A stretch of 63,999 nt of DNA, filler included, from Stramenopiles sp. TOSAG23-2 (lineage: Eukaryota), in NCBI GenBank assembly GCA_900128395.1. It is 3 parts of 3 records of this genome, joined end to end, with 100 filler letters (N's around TTAATTAATTAA, not from the genome) between each part and the next. Parts side by side here need not be neighbours in the genome. Positions count along the whole stretch, not along the records: positions 1 to 31,144 come from LT649375.1; 2 more parts are not named here. One strand, written 5' to 3'. The translations under genes and the position numbers were made by a program. The notes beneath the pieces are model-generated. The model was not told the origin of the DNA, made no database searches, and was given only the letters and a program-made list of their open reading frames with translations. Of this stretch, positions 1 to 9,946 are shown in pieces. Numbering within the stretch: position 1 is the first letter of the stretch; each line of letters begins with the position of its first letter.

Positions 1-1
1 G

Positions 2-3000
2 TTGGCAGGTAACGAGGAAGTTGTATTAGATTGCTCATTTGCCCCAAAACGTGTTGGACTTTTTCATTCCAAAATATCAATGTACATTCGTCCATTAGGA
101 GGTACAAAATCACAACATATGACGGAAAGGCGATTGTTAAATATTATTGCGGAGGGTCGTACCGGTGCAGTAAAGTTTGAGCCTGAAAATATGGATATGG
201 GAACTACATTGGTGGGGAGCGAAGTTGATAAAACGTTGACTTTGTCAAATACATCGGATGCTGATTTGCATTTCCGATTGGATAGCATCTTAGCAGACGA
301 TTTGGATTTATTGGATGCAGATCATGATGGTAATATAAGTGCTGCTGAATTGCGTGCATATTCTAAGCAAAGAAACATATCAGCGGATAAAGATGCTGGG
401 GATGGAGATGGTAGAACAACAGTGGAGGAAGTTAAAAAACAACAACAAGTTGTCATGCTTGGATTTGAGCCGACGTTAGGACTACTCCCGGCCCGTTCGA
501 AATTGAAAGTAAAAGTGACATACCGGCCAAGTTATCCAACGACAAATCGTTTTCAAATTTTTTGCGATGTGGTAATAGCAGGTCAAGATGATACAGGTGT
601 TTGGGATCAATCGCAACGCGTAGCTGCATTGAGCCCACGTTCAAAAGCTAAACTAGAGGAGGAAGTTGAAGGAGAGCCTTTAATGTGCAGTTTAATTGGA
701 CGTGCTACGTATCCCACGTTACGTGTAGTTGATGCAAGGTCTGCGTTAATATCGCCAGCAATGTTATGGAAACAATTTAGTTTAAGTGAAATGAATTATG
801 AATTTTCAACACCGTTAACGACGGCGCAATTACGTTTAAACCAACAAACTGGTGTTGGATCAGGTGCATTGGATTATTTATATCAAAATTTCTTATGGGA
901 ATTTACACCAAGACCAGCTGGGTCTCCATCCGAAGTAGTATTATTGCGCTTTAAAAATGTTAGTAAATTGCCATTAGAATTTAGTTTTAAAATGCCAAAT
1001 GAATTGGATGTTGAAATTGAACATTGGGCAGATGCAGGGGAGCCAACGGAAGATGAACTTCGACAAAATAGTATAATCGATGCTAGATTATTTGAAATTG
1101 AGCCAAAACAAGCACAGCTACCTGAAGGGGAGACGGTTACCGTACGAATTAGTTATAATTACAATTCAATCGAATATGGTGGAGATCATTGCGTTCCAGT
1201 TTTATTTAAAATGTCAAAAGGTAAGCAAATCCGACTCTGGTTGCGTGGACGTACCTTACCCCCAGATCAAGCTCGTTTGTTTGTTCCAGTAGCAAATGCC
1301 GTCAAATTGAACCAAGTGCCAATAGGGCATGCATCACCACCAATACAAAATATTGTAATTCAAAATCCAAGTAGTTGCACCATCGAGTACAATGTCAATT
1401 TAAATGCGTTAAAAGATATTCAAGCGGACAATTTTAACTTTCCAATATTTAAACAATTCGATGTGGAAAGTGGTAGCGATGCTGTGGTGATTGATGAGGA
1501 AAATGGAAATTTATCTTTGAATGGATACGTTGAGTCAGGCAGCACCGCCATAGTCCCATTTGTTTTTCAACCATTGGAAGAGAAGAAATACGAATTGAAA
1601 GTTCCTATTACATATCGTGGTGCAAATGGCGAACCGTGTGCAATTGGCGTTGCAGTAGGAACAGGGGTTAGCGTTCCATCAACATCAAATGAAGCTGTAT
1701 TAGATGTTACTATTGTTGGTCGTGGATTTCACCCAGCTCCAATTGAAGAGGCAGTGAATGAAGATGAAGCAAGGGGGTTAACAAACGTGGATAAAGAAGT
1801 AGCATTGGATTTGGATTCAAAGGAACATTTAGAACGTATTAAAGTTGCTGCTTCTCGTGCACATGATCGTGAACAGCAAGCAATGGAAGCTAGTAAAGTT
1901 GCAGAGAAAAAACGTGGCAATGCTCTTGTGGAGATGGAAAATCCAATATACGGACCACCCCAGCAGCAAGAATTGCTGTGGGAGGGAATGATAGCAAAGT
2001 TAAGTGTCGATCGTCTCTCCTTCGGTATTGTTCCAGCTGGTTGTGTGACATATGCCGTTACTACTATTCGCAATACTGCACCGGTAAATTTAAATATGTT
2101 TTTAGAATTTGCGTGGGATACATTAGAAACTTTGAGCAACGTCATCAACGTATATCCACGTAATGGTCGTATCCCGCCAGGTGAAAATGTTGTTTGCAAA
2201 TTTACATTGCAATCAACGACGGAGGAAAAACCGAAGATAATCGATCAAAATATACGTTGCTTTTTGAACGGTATAGTGGAAAGTAATAATAAACGACGTG
2301 GTAAAGGTGGTCGTGGAGTTGGATCTAGAAGAAGTACTACTAGTCGATCTAGGGCAAGATCAGTCAGATCGAGCACAAATAATAGCCCAACCGGTAGCAT
2401 CAGTGGCATGTCTCGTTCCTCCGTTGTTAATCGTACTACAATGGCAAGTAGAGGTGGAATCGGGGAATCATTAGCAAGTATGGGATCCGTACAAGGTGGA
2501 TCAAGAGGTGGTTTTCGACCAGGTACAGGATCTACTGGCAATGGACGTAGTGCCTCTCGTATCTCTCGTATGACAGGAGCAAGTGGACGTGGTGGCATGG
2601 TAGATGATAATGAACAAGGAGCAAGCTCAATATTATTTTTAAATTTAACTGGTGAAATAGCCAATAGAAAAACGTTTCGTGACATGAATCGACAAACTGG
2701 TAGCATGGATAAATTTTTCACACCACGTTTACTTTCATCCACTTCTTCGGTACAAACAGATGGTGCGGTGTTAAACACGAAGATAAATGATGATGGAAAT
2801 GTGAAAGCATTAGCAAAAGATATCGTATCCGCTTTGATGGATGATTTAATTGCCGATCCTTCGATTGAGCATTTAATGAAAAGTATACCTGCACCTCCAC
2901 CGCCATATTTTGTACAGCTAAGCGGTAGTGAAACTCCACGTTTGACTGGTGCTCCAATTATTAAAGAAGTTGTTGGTGAAGGTGGAGATGTTGAATTAGT

Positions 3001-3208
3001 CGATGAAATAGAAAATGCTCGAAAACAAACATTGCAAGACAATGAAACACAATCATTGATATCGAAAATTATGGAAAATACAATATTTAATTTGGTACAA
3101 GATGTTGCAGTGGGAGATTTAGATTTAGCAAATATTGAAAAACGTTTTGTACGTGTGGAGAAAGATGATGATGGTGATGAGGAGGCAGAAGAGGCGGAAT
3201 TGATGTGA
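2..3208 (+). CDS. CFAP65: Cilia- and flagella-associated protein 65-like (ASH/MSP Ig-like repeats), 5' partial
   Basis: 1068-aa open frame running from the window edge. Repeated beta-sandwich segments (L.N.S...L.F, F.I.P..G.I.PG) and the EIEHWAD.GEPT..EL segment recall CFAP65/CCDC108. Confidence 0.75.
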   Translation: MAGNEEVVLDCSFAPKRVGLFHSKISMYIRPLGGTKSQHMTERRLLNIIAEGRTGAVKFEPENMDMGTTLVGSEVDKTLTLSNTSDADLHFRLDSILADDLDLLDADHDGNISAAELRAYSKQRNISADKDAGDGDGRTTVEEVKKQQQVVMLGFEPTLGLLPARSKLKVKVTYRPSYPTTNRFQIFCDVVIAGQDDTGVWDQSQRVAALSPRSKAKLEEEVEGEPLMCSLIGRATYPTLRVVDARSALISPAMLWKQFSLSEMNYEFSTPLTTAQLRLNQQTGVGSGALDYLYQNFLWEFTPRPAGSPSEVVLLRFKNVSKLPLEFSFKMPNELDVEIEHWADAGEPTEDELRQNSIIDARLFEIEPKQAQLPEGETVTVRISYNYNSIEYGGDHCVPVLFKMSKGKQIRLWLRGRTLPPDQARLFVPVANAVKLNQVPIGHASPPIQNIVIQNPSSCTIEYNVNLNALKDIQADNFNFPIFKQFDVESGSDAVVIDEENGNLSLNGYVESGSTAIVPFVFQPLEEKKYELKVPITYRGANGEPCAIGVAVGTGVSVPSTSNEAVLDVTIVGRGFHPAPIEEAVNEDEARGLTNVDKEVALDLDSKEHLERIKVAASRAHDREQQAMEASKVAEKKRGNALVEMENPIYGPPQQQELLWEGMIAKLSVDRLSFGIVPAGCVTYAVTTIRNTAPVNLNMFLEFAWDTLETLSNVINVYPRNGRIPPGENVVCKFTLQSTTEEKPKIIDQNIRCFLNGIVESNNKRRGKGGRGVGSRRSTTSRSRARSVRSSTNNSPTGSISGMSRSSVVNRTTMASRGGIGESLASMGSVQGGSRGGFRPGTGSTGNGRSASRISRMTGASGRGGMVDDNEQGASSILFLNLTGEIANRKTFRDMNRQTGSMDKFFTPRLLSSTSSVQTDGAVLNTKINDDGNVKALAKDIVSALMDDLIADPSIEHLMKSIPAPPPPYFVQLSGSETPRLTGAPIIKEVVGEGGDVELVDEIENARKQTLQDNETQSLISKIMENTIFNLVQDVAVGDLDLANIEKRFVRVEKDDDGDEEAEEAELM

Positions 3209-3266
3209 TACTCTCTAGTCAGATTATGTTTTACTTTGTATAATATGTAATTTTTTGAAGCTTTAT

Positions 3267-4145
3267 TTACTTATATGACACTTCTTCATCAATAAGGCGG
3301 TGAATCCAGGATCCACCTTTTGCCCCACTAACAACTGCATTGTCAGCTTTGGCTGTCATCAATAACATGTTACTTTGTGTAATGTTCATATTTAACAATT
3401 TCTTTTTTTTAACACAATCAATGATTGATTCAACAATTAGATAAAAATTTTTTAAATTTTGCTCCTTGGTACTAATGTACTTGAATTGCTTATAAGCAAT
3501 TTTACTCTCCTTATCTAAATCATTCAATATATTTACCAATTCTTCCTTTTTTTTTAATCTTTTATTGACAATATTATTTGCAATTTTTTTCCCTTCAGCA
3601 TGTGCTACTGTTATTAAAGCACCTGCTTCCCAAGCTGCATATATGGCACCATTAGCATTCCTAATTTTACTAGCTAATAAATGCAACTTTTCCTTAATTG
3701 ACATTGATGCCAATTTTTCATTTGTCAATGTTTCTACTTCTTTTTTTTTCAATGGAGATGTTGCTTTTGCATTGTTAAATGCATTTATAAACTCTTCAAC
3801 TAAAGCTTCACGCTTCTCTTTTTTTGATATGCATACATTTACATTCTTTTTTTTTTTCACAATAGATTCTTTTCCAACTACACTTTTCTTCACTGCCATG
3901 GTAATGTTATTTTTTGTTAAAAATTCTTCATATATATCACAGTCTTGTTGCAATTTCTCCATTTCTTCACCTTGAAGCAAATAGTCTTGTCTCAACTTAT
4001 CATATGCTTCTCTGAGCTCATCATACTGCAAATCCAGAGCATTATAGTCATTTTGCAGAGCATTATAGTCGTCGTCTTGTTGCTGGCAATCTGATGTTTT
4101 ACAAACATAATTATTAGTATCTGTGTTTTCCATCTTTGTGCTCAT
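3267..4145 (-). CDS. Orphan protein, 292 aa, N-terminal coiled coil
   Basis: Uninterrupted 879-bp ORF in very AT-rich DNA with heptad repeats (YNALQNDYNALDLQYDEL). No recognised family. Confidence 0.65.
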   Translation of the reverse strand: MSTKMENTDTNNYVCKTSDCQQQDDDYNALQNDYNALDLQYDELREAYDKLRQDYLLQGEEMEKLQQDCDIYEEFLTKNNITMAVKKSVVGKESIVKKKKNVNVCISKKEKREALVEEFINAFNNAKATSPLKKKEVETLTNEKLASMSIKEKLHLLASKIRNANGAIYAAWEAGALITVAHAEGKKIANNIVNKRLKKKEELVNILNDLDKESKIAYKQFKYISTKEQNLKNFYLIVESIIDCVKKKKLLNMNITQSNMLLMTAKADNAVVSGAKGGSWIHRLIDEEVSYK

Positions 4146-4946
4146 TTCAAGTGCTCTTTTCAGTTTTATATACTTGTATTCTCTTTGTTTGATTATTGTT
4201 CTCTTTTTGTTTGTTTGTTTGTATGTATCTAAAATATTTTGTATATGAAAATAGTGTATGTCATAATATATGATATATACTTCGGTAATAATTTCAATAA
4301 TAAATAATAATTATTATTATCTATATTACTACAACACCACTATAACTACTATACTAAGCGGTGACGACGACGACGAGACGACCCAATTCAACAGAGATAA
4401 TAAAATTTAAATTCAGTATTGTATCGAGTTTTGTGTCAAATTATCCCAATATGCACATCAAATAGATCGTGATATAATTTAAGTGTATTATAAATTATAC
4501 TTATAATTAGTATCTATGTACAATTAGTATTTAATCCTTATTAAATATTTTTATGTAATATTATATACGTAAATTTGACGCTTTTTTAAGGAAAACCGGA
4601 CATTCGGGTTTTATGACCGTTGGTCCAAAAAGTTCGATCATGCTTTGCAAAGTGAAGCAGAGAGGAGGGAGACCGCTTTCACATACAATATAATAATAAT
4701 ACATACCGGCAGAAGAATAATATTATAATAATAATAATAAATAATACATAATACAACATAGAACATAGATTTTAACCTGGTTAAAAAATATATCCACGTA
4801 GTTATAGGTCTAAACATAAAAACACAATAAACAACAAAACAAAAGGAGAACAATAATCAAACAAAGAGAATACAAGTATATAAAACTGAAAAGAGCCTTG
4901 CACAAAGATGAAAAAAAACACAGATACTAAAAATTATGTTTGTGGA
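4097..4946. repeat. Inverted repeat pair (about 4097-4220 / about 4829-4946) covering the leaders and first codons of two divergent ORFs
   Basis: 4153-4203 is the exact reverse complement of 4846-4896 (51 bp). Similarity extends into the codons KMENTDTNNYVCK / KMKKNTDTKNYVCG. Confidence 0.95.
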
Positions 4947-5678
4947 AAAGAAAATAGCACAGATTTTATGCACATGAATTTGAAACCTAAAGCAACGAGA
5001 AGCAACAAAAAGGAGCATGTAAAAAAAAATGTACCAAAAAACATTGGATTTGGATCAGGTACAGCAAGATTTAAAAGGAAACCAAAGCCTAAATTATTGA
5101 AAACACCTCCACCAAAGGAGAAAAGAGGAGCTAATGCAAGATCAATAATCGAAAAAATTGAAAGGAATAAAAAAGCAATTGAGGAAATTAAAAAAAAATT
5201 AAAAACTAAAGCAGATAAAGCTGATGTAGACAAACTAAAAGTTGAATTGAAAGAACTTAAAAATACTTTGCAAAAGCTATTAAATTCGAAATCATCTGGT
5301 GCAACTGGTACAACAGGTTCAACTGGTTCATCTGTTTCATCTGTTTCCTCTGTTTCATCTGTTTCATCTGGTAGTTGGTATGATGGTTTGGACTTGGGAC
5401 CAAAATATTTACGTATGGCTAAAATGGGAATTCCAGAAGCAGCTGTAAGACATGCTATGAAAAAGGATGGTGTTGAAAATGCAAATGGTGGTGGTAGTAG
5501 CAAAGGTGGTGTATTTGCAGCCATCAGAGCAGCAAAACAAAAAAGAAAAGCTGCTGAAGAAAAAGATGGTGGTGCTGGAAAAGCAAAAGCAAAAACTGGT
5601 GTTACAGGCCACCAAGCTGCATTATTTGCAGCAATTGCAAAACGCCGTGAAACAATGAAACCAGAATCACCAATGTAA
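4908..5678 (+). CDS. Orphan basic protein, 256 aa, with coiled coil, CCDC53/WASHC3-like helical motif and two WH2-like motifs
   Basis: Intact ORF. KYLRMAKMGIPEAAVRHAMKKDGV resembles the CCDC53-type KY.KML..G.P..AV..KM..EG motif; GGVFAAIRA and ALFAAIAKR resemble WH2 helices. Confidence 0.65.
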   Translation: MKKNTDTKNYVCGKENSTDFMHMNLKPKATRSNKKEHVKKNVPKNIGFGSGTARFKRKPKPKLLKTPPPKEKRGANARSIIEKIERNKKAIEEIKKKLKTKADKADVDKLKVELKELKNTLQKLLNSKSSGATGTTGSTGSSVSSVSSVSSVSSGSWYDGLDLGPKYLRMAKMGIPEAAVRHAMKKDGVENANGGGSSKGGVFAAIRAAKQKRKAAEEKDGGAGKAKAKTGVTGHQAALFAAIAKRRETMKPESPM

Positions 5679-5970
5679 CTTGGAAACAAAATAAAATTAA
5701 AAACATGATGTGAAAAATGCGACAGCAACAAAATGAAATTAAAAATATCACGCGTGAAAAATGCGACAGCAACAGATGTCCTCTAATGCCATTGAGCAAT
5801 GTGAACAATGAAAAAAATGTAAACAATGAAAAAAAGTACTTCGTAAAAACAACAAAAGTGCATCTTGACCTTTTTGAAAAGATGTGTGTGTAAAAAAATA
5901 ACAAAACAAATTATCTTTCCATATTTTCTTTTAACCTTTTCACCTATTTAAACACAAAACAATATCTCAA

Positions 5971-6203
5971 ATCAATTCCGCCTCTTCTTCATCACCATCA
6001 TTCATCTTTCTCCACACATACAAAACGTTTTTCAATATTTTGCTAAATATAAATCACCAACCTGCAACATCTTCAACTAAATTAAATATTGTATTTTCCA
6101 TAATTTTCAATATCGACGATTGCGTTTTCATTGTCTTGCAATGTTTGTTTACGAGCATTTTCTATTTCATCGACTAATTCAACATCTCCACCTTCACCAA
6201 CAA
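5971..6203 (-). pseudogene. Inverted, decayed copy of the CFAP65 3' end (2970-3204)
   Basis: The reverse complement aligns with 2970-3204, showing substitutions, four +1 insertions and a 9-nt deletion. Confidence 0.93.
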
Positions 6204-6277
6204 AAAAGAATTATAAAAAGTCAAAAAAATATATACAATATTTTTCTGTGCGAACTGTATCATGCATATAACTTTTC

Positions 6278-8061
6278 TTAAAAATCACCAAAGGATGAGA
6301 ATGGATCATCATCTCCACCACCGCCGCCGCCGCCGTTGCCATCATCGTCAGTTACTGGAAATGAATCAAAAGCATTATCAAATGCGTCTTCGCCATTATT
6401 ATTATTATCGTCAGTATTTCCAAATGTACCATCTGTATTTCCATCACCGGATGGGAAAGCATTGTCATCAAAAGCAATTTCGTCCGGCACATTAAAACCA
6501 TCGTTACTAGTACTACTTGTATTATTTGGCTCTTCTTTATTTTCAGCTGTATCAAATGCATCAAACGCACTTGTGCCATTATTGGTGGTATCCATTGATG
6601 CAAACGCATCACCACCAAATGCATCCCCATCTTTATTATTATTATCTGTAACATTCGTTGTAGTATTAAACGCATTATCATTAGTACTATCCATTGATGC
6701 AAACGCATCATTTCCGAATGCGTCCGGCACATTAAAAGCATCGTTACTAGTACTACTTGTATTATTTGGCTCTTCTTTACTTTCAGCTGTATCAAATGCA
6801 TCGAAACCGCTTGTTCCATTATTGGTGGTATCCATTGATGCAAACGCATCATTCCCGAATGCATCTCCATCTTTATCATTATCATCTGTAACATTCGTAG
6901 TAGTATTAAACGCATTAGTATTAGTACTATCCATTGATGCAAACGCATCATTCCCGAATGCATCTCCATCTTTATTATTATTATCTGTAACATTCGTAAT
7001 ATTAAACGCATTATCATTAGTACTTTCCATTGATGCAAACGCATCATTCCCGAATGTATCTCCTGCTTTATTCGCAATAACGTGTGTCGCATTGAACGTA
7101 TCATTATCGTTATTATTATTATTATTATTATCTTCCTCCTCCTCGCTTGATGAATTAATATAACTGGTTTGTCCACCGGATTTTTCTTCAACTACACCAC
7201 CACCAATATCACCAAATCCATCCGCCCCAGTAGTAGTCGTACCAAAACCACCATCACCAAACGAATGATCTTCTTCTGCTAAATTTACAAATTGTGTTTG
7301 ATCAAACCCTTTACCTGCTTGTTGTTCAATACTATTACTACTACTACTACTACCACTACCATTACTATTGTTTATCATATCAAACGTATTAAATGATTGT
7401 TCAACGTTAGTAACTTGTTCTGATAGTAAACTTTTCTCAGCAATTCTCTGTTCATGAATCCCCGTAGAACGATGAAGCTGCGATTTACTGCTTTGATATT
7501 TACTTTTTGCTTGCTCTCGCTGTAACTTTGCTTCTGCTAATTTATTTTTTAAACTTTCAATTTCGTTTTCCATTGACTCGATGCCTTGGTCATGCTTCGC
7601 ACGAAGATGGTCTAAATCTTTTGCACTGTCATTAAAATCTCTAATCTCCGCCTTCACTTGTTTGATTTCTTCGCTTATTACTTTCTTAAGATGTGTCAAT
7701 TCTTGTCTTCTTCCACGTGACACAAGTTCCTCTCCTCGTTTTTTCCATAGAACGTCTCTCTTTTTATTTAATTTCTCTTTCAACTTTTTCACTTCATTGC
7801 GTATATTATTTTCCTCTTTCATTGCATTTCGTGTAGATTCTTCAACAGTGTCTAATGTTTGTTCAACATCATTTAATAATGACATTAAGCTTTCTCTTTC
7901 GTCCTTCAAATTTCCTATAGCGACTTTCATTGAATTTAAAAATGCTTCGTTCCCTTTAACAGATCTTTGAATAATATTCTTGTTATTGTTGATAGTTTTT
8001 TGCATGGATTGGCTTTCTTCAACTATAATGGTATTAAATTGATTGTTACTACTATCATAGC

Positions 8062-8098
<37 letters not shown>

Positions 8099-9385
8099 TG
8101 GAGAGTTGCGACTACTACTAGTAGTAGTCATATTCTTCACACCATTATCATTGGAAAACGATTTGAAATTATTATTACTTGTCATCTTCATACTATCATT
8201 ATTACCATTCATTGGTGCCATCGTTGTTGTTGGAGCTTGTAACATATTTTCAACTACAAGAGGAGGCGAGGGAGCTTGGTTTGCTACTTCTTCTTCTTGT
8301 ATTTGTTGTATTTGTGGTGCTGCCATGTTTTGTTTTGCAACAACAGGAGCAGCAGGTATCGAGGAATTGATGTTGTTTTTAGGTGAGATCTTTGAGTTTT
8401 CCTCAATGATACTCATATCAATGCCGAGTGCACCTGCGACTGCATCTGCAATTTTTTTTGCTTTTGTGTTTGGGCTAGGCGGCGGCGGCGCTTGATTATT
8501 ATTGCCCATTTGAAGTTCACCTCCCGTTGCAATAGTTAATTTGTCACCAAATGTATCGTCAACGACATCACCATTTGTTGTTGTATTAATATTATTGTTG
8601 TTTCCCTCTACCATTTTTGCACTATCGAAAAGAACTCGTGGAAGTGATGGTGGCAATGTCTTTCCATACCGGCTTATTTTCACGATTAAATGGAATGCAA
8701 TACAAAATTCACTTTTTGATAGACAACCATTTTTTGTTGTATCCGACATATCCCAAATTTTTCCTAAAACTGGATGTGGTAAATTCGATTTCATCATGAA
8801 AGTTCTGGCCTCTACTCCTGTTAAATGACCTTTACGGCCTACATCTAGTTGATTAAAGTGTGTCAGATATTTTTCTTTTGCTTCTGGTGTAATTCTCCAA
8901 GCATCGTCTTCATCTTGGTTCACTTGCATGTTTCCCAAAGCTGTAGCAGGTTGTGTCGCAGCAACTTGTTGTTGTTGTGCCGGTGGTGGTGGTAATTGTA
9001 TGCCTTCAAACTGTGGCAGTGGCAAACTTTGAGATTGACTTTGAAGAACGAGTTGTGGTGTTAGTGGTTTAAAACCACGTTGTTTTAGTGTTATTAGTCG
9101 CAAAGCAACACTAAACCTGGCATAGTCTAAAAAACCCTTGCCATCCCAATCAGCAATATCCCATATCTTTTTTAATGTAGGGACATCTACTCTTGAACGT
9201 TTTAAAAATACAACAGCTTCACCGCCAGTAACACGACCGACAGTAGCAATACTTGCCATTTTAAACATGCTATTATAATATTGTTGTTCCGTGATATTTT
9301 GAGGAACATATGCAGCAGCGGCTACTGATGGTGCTCCACCAAATTGTGCCCCACCACCTACAGCATTGCCAGTAGGTTGATACAT
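6278..9385 (-). CDS. Eps15/Ede1-like EH-domain endocytic adaptor
   Basis: Two EH domains (LKKIWDIADWDGKGFL; LGKIWDMSDTTKNGCLSKSEFCIAFHLI), a central coiled coil and an acidic tail with many DAF motifs and a terminal DPF. Confidence 0.85.
6400..7070 (-). repeat. Intragenic tandem repeats (DAFASMD units; 240-bp higher-order period)
   Basis: cgtccggcacattaaaa recurs at 6481 and 6721; ccattgatgcaaacgcatc recurs five times. Confidence 0.9.
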
Positions 9386-9946
9386 ATTGTAAAATTATAG
9401 AATAATAATAATTATATATCTGTTATGATGCTAATAATAATATGTCAAATGCAGGTTGTTAATATTTATATATCTGTTATGATGCTAATAATAATAATAT
9501 GCCAAATGCAGTGGCTATGTCGGTATCTCGTACTTCTATCTATATATTATTACTTCTTGACATCTATACCATCACGTCACATACCATATGGAATGTATAT
9601 CTATATTAAAAAGATACACATTTACATTTATTCAATTTTTATTTCTTTTCTTTTTTTTTATCTTCTTCTTTTCGGCAACAATATCTTTTTAAAAATAGTA
9701 TGGACACACCATTGTCTTATACAAGGAATAGCAATATTATACTATGCGGCATATTAATATCGGAGCTAGTCATCATCAACAAGTATCACACAGGTTAGAA
9801 ACACAAAACCACCTCAGACAAACGTAAACGTAGCTCTAGCTCATATAAAAATGAAGTATAGGAAAGTTATAATTGAAATAATAATTCTTAATATAGTAAA
9901 AGTATACGTATCATATCTTAATACATGACGACGAAATACTTTATTT

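Noticed and set aside
5694-5835. Short tandem duplications (gtgaaaaatgcgacagcaaca x2; aacaatgaaaaaaa x2) after the 4908 ORF
   Set aside because: Only two copies each, so no independent function can be supported; treated as part of the cassette.
6400-7070. Regularly spaced repeats that superficially resemble a CRISPR array
   Set aside because: They are in-frame protein repeats, the intervening parts are also repeated, and there are no cas genes in this eukaryotic context.
6336-7191. Long alternative-frame and antisense ORFs over the EH gene repeats (similarly 41621-43170 over the FG repeats, 2245-3042 and 4934-5731)
   Set aside because: Shadow ORFs caused by low-complexity coding repeats and codon bias.
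9414-9511. About 40-bp duplication upstream of the EH gene
   Set aside because: Short local AT-rich duplication with no further structure.
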